64,000 nt of DNA, from the NCBI RefSeq assembly GCF_000143415.4, contig NW_003314261.1, positions 2,305,266 to 2,369,265 of the forward strand, written 5' to 3'. The notes beneath the pieces are model-generated. The model saw nothing but the letters and a program-made list of their open reading frames with translations, was not told where the DNA came from and did no database searches. Within the stretch, counting starts at the first letter, position 1. Every line of letters begins with the position of its first letter. Origin of the DNA: Selaginella moellendorffii. Its lineage: Eukaryota > Plantae > Lycopodiophyta. Both the position numbers and the translations under genes were made by a program. Below, piece by piece: positions 1 to 10,591 of the stretch.

Positions 1-1612
1 CAAGGACAACCATCAGACTCACACGCCCCCTCCCCAACGGGCAGTGACCTTATCCTGAACACACAACAGCGGGACCAACTCACTCAGGCCCTGCTGGGAG
101 ATCCCAGTACCGAAGGCACACATCTTGATTCGCCAACCCCAAAGGAATCCACACGGCTCACTGCTCTAGCGCCACGCCTATATATTGGCACCAGCTCCGG
201 TCCTGCGCCTCCAACCATCCCAGTAGTTGAGCTCTCCCCTGCCCAGGAAAGTCCACGCCCAACGGAGCACGTGTCAGCCTCACTGCCACAGCTCGCAAAA
301 ATGAAGGAATCAGAGGTGCTGTATCTGGGATGGACGCGCGTCGAGGAACTAAATGTCGAAGTCGACAAGGCAACTTCCAACTGGTCCAATGCGGCACCCA
401 CCCTATCCGATGTCACAGTCCCAATTCTGGGGGAGATCCAAGTCGAAGCCAATGAGATCCTCATGGAGCTACAACAACGCCAAGTCCTAGAAGCCAAGAC
501 AATCATCCTTGCAATCTTTGAAGGAGGCAAACCAGACCGGGAGCTAGCCATGCAGTGGTTGGACGAATGCTTCCAAGAGGTAGGAGTTGCTTTTCGGGGT
601 CGGCAGGTCACATTCCTCGGCTGCAACTGCTACACCATCGAAGTCTGCACCGAGATGAACTGCCACACACTCATCACCACACAACGAATCACACGGCCAA
701 CCTACGAGTGCTTCTTCTACCGCTACCCGCCGGGCTTCTCACCAAGCCAAAAGGAGACGATCCATAGGCTGACGATGGAACTGGACCTCATCATCGACGA
801 CCTCTCCGAAACCAACAACACCCCGGTGTTTCTAGCCATGATTGTTGAAGGGTTTGCACAGTACCTGGGGAAAAAGGCCACTCGGGAGGAATTAGGCGGA
901 CATCTCATCCATGTCCTGTTCACAGGTAAAGCTCCCATCCCCTACAAGATTCGAATGCTTGGCAAGGTGTACTTAGTCCACATCGTGGAGTCTCGCACAA
1001 CACCCACAACCACACCAGCACCATCCGCACAAGTTGAGAGCCGCAAATGCAAGCGAAGCCCGGACCCTCGGACTGGAACCTCAAAGAGACCACCTGGCCA
1101 GGATTCAGTGCACCACACCGGACGCGCACAGGGATGGAGAGATTCGCCCAATCGCTCCTTAGGATGGGGTGCTGCGCCATCAGCTCAACGGTCGCCCTCT
1201 CCAACCCAGCCTCACTTGGAACGGTCGCCGGAAGTGAACACCCAACCCCACGCCAAAGAATCCGTCTCTAGGTCCTCTCAGCGCCTGCTGGATGCATGTC
1301 AGCACCTCACGACCAAGGCAGTACCTGGCAGTGTGGCATGGTTCACCCATAGGGTACACTCTCCCATCCTTCCATATGGCACGGAATCAGCTCCCGGACC
1401 AAGGCCTTCATGCTTTCCTTCAGGCCTCTGAAATCATCAACGACATCCCGTACCGAGTGGAAGTGGACAAGTGCACTATAGTGGGCAGCAACATGGACCT
1501 GTATGCAGCCCTCCTCACCAAAAGTGGTGTCACCCCCGCGAGAGGAGGGAGAGATCGCGAATTCTCGTGGGTGGAACGCGGTCGAATCTCAATCAACAAT
1601 GACAATGACTGA
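1..1612 (+). pseudogene. LINE ORF1 (partial, frameshifted)
   Basis: ORFs 271-1431 and 1292-1612 lie directly before ORF2. The TGA at 1610-1612 overlaps the ORF2 ATG at 1605. No diagnostic motif recognised; assigned by position. Confidence 0.6.
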
Positions 1613-2622
1613 TCTCAGCGTACTCTCGTGGAACGTAGGAGGCATTAGTAAGGACGGAGTGCTATGGAATGACAAGAAGGCAAGGCTACAACAGTACCAT
1701 TGCCAGTTAGAAGGAGTGATAGGAAAGTGTGACTTTTTCTGTTTCCAGGAGCATAGAATGCAAGAACACTAGACAATCTTTAAGTTTTCACAAGGTGAAC
1801 ACTTCTGGAACCCTACAGTTGGAAGGAGAGGAGGCACCCTCATCATTGCCAAAGGACCATGGCAGTCCCTCGGCACCTTGCACTAGATCCTAATCCCTGG
1901 ACGTGCTCACATGATAGTGATAAAAGTAAATGCCCGAACCATAGGCCTGTTGAACATCTACACCCCGGCATCCCGCTCCACCTCACGAGCACACTTCTTC
2001 CGAGTCCTGCAGCGTCGCCTTCCAACCAAAATCGATGATTGGATCCTGGCTGGTGACTTCAACTTCGTGGATCACGAGGAGGATAAATGGGGAGGCATAA
2101 TCCAGGACAGATGTACACGTGCGGAACGCCTTGCATGGAACTCATTCCTCTTACAAATTGGCACCTGCGACGCCTACGAGATCCCAGGTTTTGTGACACA
2201 TGAACCATGCTTCACATGGCGAGAACATAAACCCAGAGGCATACAACGTCGTCTGGACCACTTCTACCTCACCATGGACCTGTGCATGCAAGGGGGGAAG
2301 TTGGACATCGACAACACCTACACGGACTTCTCGGACCACCATCCGATCAGACTCACACTTCCCTTTCGAAGATCGAGAGGTCCAAGGAAGCCAGTTGCCA
2401 TACCCAAGAAGTTCTTTGAGGAGCAAGCCAACAATAACCAGGCGCACGAGCAATGGGAAAAACACAAGGGGAACCTACACTCCTTCACCCTTCAAATCGC
2501 TCAAGAGGCTCGAGCCAAGATCTGGAAAGATAGGAGAGGCGTCTTTAACACAGTCCAAAAGGTTCGGAGTGTCCTGGCCTCGATCAACACTGACCTTCGT
2601 AGCAATCTGGATGACTACAAGC
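1605..2622 (+). pseudogene. LINE ORF2, AP-endonuclease domain
   Basis: MTDLSVLSWNVGG, FCFQE, LAGDFN, RRLDHFY, DFSDHHPI; internal stop at 1770-1772. Confidence 0.9.
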
Positions 2623-2646
2623 AAGCTCTATTTTGTTAAAGTGGGA
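2623..2646 (+). repeat. Left TIR, copy 1
   Basis: Reverse complement of 14326-14349 except one base. Confidence 0.95.
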
Positions 2647-3064
2647 ATTGTTATTATCCCACTTGTAAAATAAGGTTTCCAAACCTTTATATAGTATATA
2701 AATATAACAAAATTCAACTGCATTGAGGCACATGCCATTTTATTTTAAACAAGGAAATGTCTACTCAATCACTTCTCCTCCCCCTGCCACTACTTCACCT
2801 CTCTCTTCTCCTTGTCATCATCGTCCAATTTCTTTCCATCCTTTTAATATTGGCTCAGTTGCTCCGAGTCTAGGTGGAGCCCAAGTCCCCATTCAATCTT
2901 TACTTTCCCCTTATTAATAAAACAACTTCGTAGACTTCCAATAACATGCTGTAACACTTCTAGTGTAATGCAAATCCTCTCAAAGAATTGTCTTTTAATA
3001 TTAATACAATGGCATGGAACCCCATGCCATAATAAGTTACATTTTTAAATAAATACATGCCATC

Positions 3065-3927
3065 TCAGACTGTTATTTTTTGCCTCCAACGCCTATACAA
3101 TAATCTTGGAATTTCATCACTCTCCACACTATCAGGATTTAAACCCAATAGTAATGCCATCTCTTCTCTAATACGTCCACGCTCATGTTCAGTGGTTGAA
3201 GAACCCATCCGGTTGAGTAGATTATGGAGATGCGGATAGTGCTTGGCTAGACAATATACATGCCATAAATGATGACTGGTGTCTGTCCGATCAAATGGCT
3301 TCTGATATACCGTTCCATTTGCCATTTGGTTGATTTCTGCAGCCACCTCCTGGACTGGCCGGTTCTCTATCACCATCGCTCCAAGCCGTTTTGCAAGGTC
3401 CCCCAGAACATACGGTTTCTTCTCCCTAGTTTCCATACTGCAAGAGATGGGGTGCACTGCATATGTGTGCGTGTTCGCTGCAGTTTTAATCGGCGAGTCA
3501 TTGATGATGAGGATTTCACTTGAGCTAGCAGTCCGGTTCATCACTACAGCCTCTGGCTTGACGAAGATGGGCTTGCTACCCCTCACATGGACCATAGTCA
3601 AGCAATCCTCCTGCGTTAGGAGAAAGTCAAATGGTAATATTACTCGCGTCTGATCGTGCATCATCTGTAGCAACGTTAATGCATTGTGGCGCATCATGGA
3701 TGTCCAAACTCCCAATTGCAAATTGAACCCGGCCCTCTGTTTTAAGTGTCGCATGGTCATTATTAGATCCCGCAGTTTCTCCCGTGTGATTAATGTGAAT
3801 CTGTCTCTTTTGACCAACTTGCGACCGCAGGCTTTGGAGGGTGCAATGACATTCGAGGACGAGCCACGCTCATGGGAGAAAAGGACACCGTTCAGATCAA
3901 AAATGATACAGTACCTTCGCCGTGACT
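3065..3927 (-). CDS. Terminal exon: FCP1/NIF-type HAD phosphatase-like domain
   Basis: IIFDLNGVL (HAD motif I variant), LGVWTS, KPIFVK, LIINDSPIK: order and spacing of FCP1/NIF-family motifs. Confidence 0.8.
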
Positions 3928-6900
3928 CTGAAATGAAATGCGTCAGCATAAAAAATGGTACAAGTCAATTTTACCATCTACAATATTAGCGAATGGTGCT
4001 CTCGATGGTCGTTGAGAGGGTTTTGGTCGAGGAAACGTGAAGGGCGGAAATACTCTCCTCTGCAATGTGGGGTCAATCGCATCCGATGGCGTGTGGGCAC
4101 ATGCCATTTCAGCTGTAGACTCTGGTACAACTGGCTCAACAGTGGCATGGGGTGGTTCTGATGGCGTGTGATCACACGCCATTTCAGCTGGTGCCTCCGT
4201 TGGCAAAGTGGACATGACCGAACAGGCAGCAGGGGTGGTGTAGGGAGGTTCCAACGGCGCGTAGTCAGACGATTAGGCACACGTTGAGTCCGTTGGAAAT
4301 GAGGATACGACCGGCTCGGCGGCTGGGGCGGCCTCATGCGGGTCCAATGGCGCCTGGTCACCGTCAGTTGGATACGTGGACAAGATTGACTCAGTGGTAT
4401 GGGCAGCATCAAGTGGAGCGTGGTCAGCTTGCTTGGCGTTGATATGGATAGTAGCCTCCACCAGCTCTGATGACTCTTTCAGGTAAGTAGAGTCCACTGG
4501 TGGATCCATATGCATGTCCAAATATCTCCCTTCGATTGAGATGGTATCCTCCCGTGCTACTAAAAACAAACTCATTAGCACATTGAATCGACTATACTGT
4601 ATTTGCCATCAACTGCTATTGAGGAACTAGGACCGATATCACTTGGGTGCACTGCTGATTCTGAAGGATTGGACATACGTTTCGACCCTTGCTTGGCACT
4701 ATCCTTCCTCGACACTAAAGGCTAGAGTTTGTAAATTCAACTGAATAATCTCTACTTACCATTTGCTCTGCGACCTACATGGACAATGTTAGAAATGGTA
4801 AAAGGTTAGGAATGGATGTACTATTATTTACCTGATGGTTTGTCTTGTATGACCTTCCTCCGCTGCTCTTTGGCCACCTCAGGCTGGCCATCGTCGTCAT
4901 CATCGTCGTCGTTGTTATTCTGATCGTCACCATTGTGAGGACCATCCAAGTCCTCTTCGTCCTCCTCTTCTTCGTCCTCCTCTTCTTTGTCCTCCTCTTC
5001 GTCCTTCTGCTCTTCCTGCTCATTATCTTTCTCTGGCTCCTCATCCCCCTCCTGCATTTCTTCCATAGGCTGCTCAGGCTGGATGGCTTGTTCTTCCAGG
5101 ACCATCTTGGGAAAATCATCTGGCCGAGTCTCCATCTCAAAATACAAGACATCCATAGCCTGTTTTAGTGCGTGACCTAGGACCGTATCCTCACCCAACT
5201 GTCTTAACATGGTTTCTGCACGTTCTTGCACCCTTCGAAGACGACGAGATGAGAAAAACGTGGCCCTGACTTGAAAAACATCCCTCATCCATTGTACCTC
5301 TCCATTGAGATTGGGGAAGGGGAGTCCGCCATAGGAATCTGAGTCAGGAGGTGGTGACTGCCTGCTTTCACTCAGCCCTTGATCTGCAATGAATGGCATG
5401 AGCACACACGCCATAACCGCGAGGCATTACCTATCATCTTTTCGTTGCCCTTTTTCCTTTTCGAATCAAATGCCTCTGATCTCGACGACTGTCCAACGTG
5501 CTTTCGCTTTTTATGACCACTGTCAGTTTGAGCTTGGCTGGTGCTTGCCTGTTTTGCCTTTGAAGAAGTGTCTCCTGCAAGGAATGGCATGAGACCACAC
5601 GCCATTGCAAATATAATTTGTACCTCCTTTTTTCCTATTGCTTGTCTGTTTGTCCTTCTTCGATGCGCCACCAGTGCACTTTTCAGTCCTCGTGTCTGAA
5701 TATTCACAACGATCTATAATCAAAATGGCGTGAGGCCTCACGTGACCTTACCTTGTGCAGGTTGTGAGCTCGGCCCAACATGGGTATCTTCAACAGTAGC
5801 TGTTATCGCCGTTTCAGCATCTGGGGGTGGCCACGCTCCTACATACAGAGCTTGTGAGATAACATTTAAACTTAAAGTGTGTACTCACCAGGTTCGCAGA
5901 GAAGATACTGTTTTTCTTTGGCAACTGTAATTATATGCTCCATTGAAGTCACCTCTTCAATGGAGTTTGTCACCGCAACACACGGGACACCCTTGAGTAG
6001 TGCGGCTCAAAAGAATAGTCCGCCACAGTTGTACTCGACAACGCATTTGCCCTTGGAGTCGGAAGCAGGTGACCCACCCGCTATTGCGTTGAAGACCCAG
6101 CTGAGCATTTCCCATGCTGCACCTGGAGCTTTCTTTGGATTCGAAAGCTCCATAGCCGTCTTCAGTTCCTCAGGCACGGGTAAATTGACCTCCCTCAGAT
6201 CAATTCGATTGGCCTTGTCGAACGAAGCTGGGAAGTCACTCCAGTCCCACTCTGTTGCAGGACCAATAACAAGGGCGAGTGTGAAGATGCGGACATTCGT
6301 CGGTATCTTCTTCTTAGCCATTATCCCATGGATCTCCCGCATCTCCTTGCCTTTCAACCGAGCCTTCACCTCGTTCAAGGCCTTCTAGAACTTGTGATAG
6401 AATTCGGAGTCATAGATCATATAGTGGACTGAAGATTCCACCTCCGCAAGTCCCACCATTAAGTCAATGATGGATCTGACTTCGTCTGCATGAGTGATCT
6501 CCTCGTTTGTGAAGTCCATCACATAAAAGATGTTTTTGACCTGCTCATCTCCACGGGAAACGATGCTCCTCCACCTTTGATCCTCATCCAAATTCAAGTA
6601 TACCCGGTAAGGTTCTCGATAGGCCTCTGCTGCGGGGTCGAGCTGTTTCTGAAGCCGGCGGTCGACATCAATCTTAATGAAATTTGGATACTGATCCAAC
6701 TTCTCAGCTTTACTTTTCGTGGCATCCCGCAGCAGATCGATGAACTTGGGGGCCCCCTTCACGTACTCGTCGATGTCTTCATTTGACAAATCCAGCACTT
6801 CCATCATCTCTTGCGTGGTGTCGATGCTCACCCTCTCCACGGCCACTTGCTCAAAGATCCAATCCTTCAATAGCGCACGAGCTCTCAGAGTCGTGCACAA

Positions 6901-8684
6901 GTCCTCGTATGTCACAATATGGCCGAGAGTCATTTTGGTCTTGTTGAAGACTACCTCACCACGTAGAAGAGCATTAGCCACTGTCAGAAGGTCATCGTCG
7001 TCTAGAGACCGCGAGAAACGCAAGGCGTTGAGCTTCAAATCATTGGGCTTCCGGCCGTCCTCCACACCCATTGAGTTTGGCAACTCCCCGTCATGGTACC
7101 TCCTCAGCACATCTACCCATTTGTCAAAAACAACTTTTGTCGAGAGTAGAATGTTATGGATGCTGAGTGTGTCATTGACCCCTAGTGTTTTCAAGAGAAG
7201 ACTCGAGAATTCCTGCAATGGAAATGGCGTGAGGCCACATGCTATGCCACATGCAACGAGGCTTACCTGCCAGGCGCTAGTTGCTAGTGCACGTCCTTGT
7301 CCTGGTTTTTGTGGCTTCTTTAGTTGAACCCAGAGCTTCTGTGTTCGTGCCAATGTCTCGTGCAGACCCGATTTGTAGCACGTTTCTTGCTTGACATTCT
7401 GCGCGTGGGAGATGTATATGATAGATCGGAGGGGCGAGTTGCCTTTTATCAGGCGGACAACTCTTGTCTTGAAGACTTTCTTCACCTCCTCGCCCACCAT
7501 AATATCCACAACTATCTCTTGCATCGCCAAGTTAGAATGCTGCCCGGAGACGGCATAGAACCGGATGTTCTGATCGTCCAACACCTTCCTATTGATCAAG
7601 TCTGGAAACCTCGTCTCGCCCTTCATTGTTCGGTAGTAGGGGATCACGTCTGCGATGTCGGGTGTTACTGGACTTGCCAGCATCTTCTGCTTCAGTTTCT
7701 CCACCCACTCATCAGATACTAGCCTGTGGTTGTATTTGCTTTGGATGTCGATACGGCTCACGTCAATTGTATATACTTTGTTGGAATAGTAACAAGTACT
7801 ATTATCTGCGACGATTTTTGCTGCCTCTTCTTGCTCTTTCTGCTCTTTGCGGCTCTTCTTTTTGGTGGGTGTAGTGTTCGAACCCGAGGCAATGGCATCA
7901 CCGAGTAGCTTCTTTTTTGGAGGAGAGTCGGACGTCGGCTTGAGCTTGACCACCCTTTTCTGCTTCGGGGTAGTTTCTAGATAGACCCCCTTCCCCTTTG
8001 CTTCGCGAACTGGAGTCACTCTCAACGGCTCAATGTTGGAATATAGTTTTTGAACATCGCCGTAGGTGAGGTCCATGGATTCCATGTGATCTTCATAGAC
8101 CCGCAGCGTCTTTGAAATTGTGGGCCTCCTGGACAACCTCTCCCTAGCTCCCTCTAAGAATTCCTCATAGCCGCTGCCCCCCTCCGGGAAGCCGCTAGGA
8201 TGTGCAAGGTGGATCTTGAAGGCAGACGCTGTCTCTACCACAAGTGCCAGTCCATATTCTTGCATGGAACTGCATGGAGTGTCTGTCACTTGGATGAGGA
8301 TCCCCATGCATTCTTTTCTCCCACCATCTGTGTTGTACAGCCTCAGATCCTCGCCTTCCATCCCGAAAGTCCAACTGGTGAGCTCCTCCCCCTTCTCTAC
8401 ATCCACATTGACAGTGGCTGGAAGAAGAACGCAATTCCTCGCCTGTTCAGAAATGCACAACAATTAGAGCTGACAGATGAAAAGCTAGCAGCTGGAAATA
8501 ACGTGAGGCCACACGCCATTCACCACTGCATCAGATGTCTTGAGGCTGCATCCTAAGATGGCATGAGGCTACACGCCATCTGTAACCGGACTGCACTCGA
8601 GAGCCCAATCGGTGCATGCCAATGTTGCTACTGAATGGCATGTGGCCTCATGACATTTTCTACTTGGCCTAAAAGACTTACCAT
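3065..8684 (-). pseudogene. Spliced transposon cargo gene (~1,600 aa): ParB/DGQHR-like + degenerate beta-class DNA MTase-like + acidic linker + FCP1/NIF HAD-like domain
   Basis: ATG at 8684-8682. Frame-preserving GT-AG introns at 8443-8681, 7213-7266, 5839-5888, 5696-5751, 5575-5623, 5384-5430, 4775-4831, 4715-4759, ~4560-4597 (or 4560-4678) and 3928-3974. Premature stops at 6385, 6007 and 4273; the first two are sense codons in copy 2. Confidence 0.75.
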
Positions 8685-8884
8685 TTGAAGCCGAATGGAG
8701 GCGTGACAACCGGACTCGCTGGTGAATGTGCACTGTGTGTGCAGCGGATCATAGCAGCAAGGCTACTCTGCCACTTACAGTTGGAGAGTGGCGCTGAAAT
8801 CTCCCGGGACACCAAGTGGGCTACGTGTGGGTGGCGGAGTGGGCGGCGGAGTTGGCGGCGAAGTTACAAACTGGGTGTGTCTTG

Positions 8885-9200
8885 AAGTGGACGCCGATGC
8901 ACACGACCGTGATGCGAGTGCGATGCGAGCGCGAGTGGACGCCGATGCACACGAGAAACCTGTAGAGAAGTGGGAGCGCGATGTGAGCGCGCGTGTGCAA
9001 GCGCGAGTACGAAGCAAAATGCAAAACCTAACCTCACACACGTGAAATGTCACGACGGTTGGTAATCCCGCCACGTCATCATTCCTCGGACTTGGGCGCC
9101 ACTATTAATTTCTGGATCAGCGCGCGCATGCGTGAAATCCAAAAGAAATCCGCAACGTCATCATTCCTCGGACTGCATGCACGCGAAATCCAAAAGAAAG
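8885..9200. repeat. Short direct repeats upstream of the cargo gene
   Basis: GTGGACGCCGATGCACACGA x2, ACGTCATCATTCCTCGGACT x2, GAAATCCAAAAGAAA x2. Confidence 0.7.
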
Positions 9201-10049
9201 ATCATGATTGGGATATCATTTAATACTCTCGCTATATTTATACCATGCATGATTGGATATTCCAAAGCATCTTGTATTTCCAAAAATGCCAGATGTTCAG
9301 CTAAATAAATTGTCAGAGGATTTGATGTGACGTTCAAGCGTGTGGGCTCATGCAATTTTGATCCCAAAAAATGCACCAAAAAATGCTCGGCGTCATCTAG
9401 CGTTATCTCTTGAGTGGCGTGGGGCCGCATGCCATTTTCAGGAGCACATAGGAGTATATTCCTAGAATATTCTGACACGCGCGAGATTGTTTTGAGTTTC
9501 CTGGAGATCCAACCGTTAGATCGCAACTAGATTTTACAGAATGGTATACAATGTCCTTCTTGATGACCCTGCAAAGAAGCATCTCGATCGGACATTCCCA
9601 AGTAAATAAAGCTGTTTCTATTTTTGGTACAAGTAAACTTTATAGCGTGTGGGCTCATGCAATTTTGAACCCAAAAATGCACCAAAAAATGCTCGACTAG
9701 CATTATTCTTTGTATGGCGTGTGGCCTTATATTGCCATAAATGGACGTACACACACAGCATAATTATTCCTTTACACGGTGAATAATCTTGGCGCGGATC
9801 ACTGACATGGCATGGCAAAGTTCGAATCACTGACATGGCACAGCTGGATCGAGGCAAGGACATGATGTGACAAAGTTCAACCTCCGACAGCAAAGTCTAG
9901 AAGCTACTCAGTTTGAAATTTGTCAGAGGAATCATAAGATCTGGTTTGTCAGAGGATTTGATGTGACGTTCAAGCGTATGTTATTTTTGAATTCTCAAAC
10001 TCATTCCTAGGTCTATCATTTTTGTGCGCCGTGTTCTTGGTTCCGCTGA

Positions 10050-10240
10050 GCGCAGTGAGCGCTGCTTGTGTAAGCGGCGTTGTGAGCTGTGGTTTATGCG
10101 TCTACAAGCGGTTGCGGCATTGCGAGCGCCATTGCGAGCGGCAGTTTATGCGAGTGGCAGTTTGTGCGAGCGGCGCTACGAGCAGTTGTGGTGTTGTGAG
10201 CGGCGCTACGAGTAGTTGCAGTGTTGCGAGCGGCACTGTC
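10050..10240 (+). repeat. Degenerate GC-rich tandem repeat upstream of transposase
   Basis: Recurrent TG(C/T)GAGCGGC..CTACGAG..GTTG units; the array is shorter in copy 2 (~31220-31370). Confidence 0.6.
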
Positions 10241-10591
10241 TTTGGTGTGGCTACCGCTTCCTCTTGATATTCGGCACTTGTGCTTCCTGGTATGTTCACC
10301 ATGGAATGGTTTAGGACCACATTTAGAAATGGCATGAGGCCACATGCCATCTTGGGCCCTTGCAATTTCATGGCTAGCGTATTGTCATGTATGTTTTTAC
10401 TTGCCTGCAGCTGTGTGTATATCAAGATGGCATGAGGCCTCATGCCAATTTTGTGAATGCGAAATTTCACATGGGTGTCAATAGCATGTTTGAATAATGG
10501 CATGTGGCCTCATGCTATTTGGTATGTTATAATTTAGGCCATTCTCCAATCATTTTTTGTATGGTCTTAACTTCTTTTTTGCACTTTCAGA

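Noticed and set aside
4845-5168. Hydrophobic ORF resembling a membrane protein
   Set aside because: It is the antisense of the Glu/Asp-rich exon of the cargo gene.
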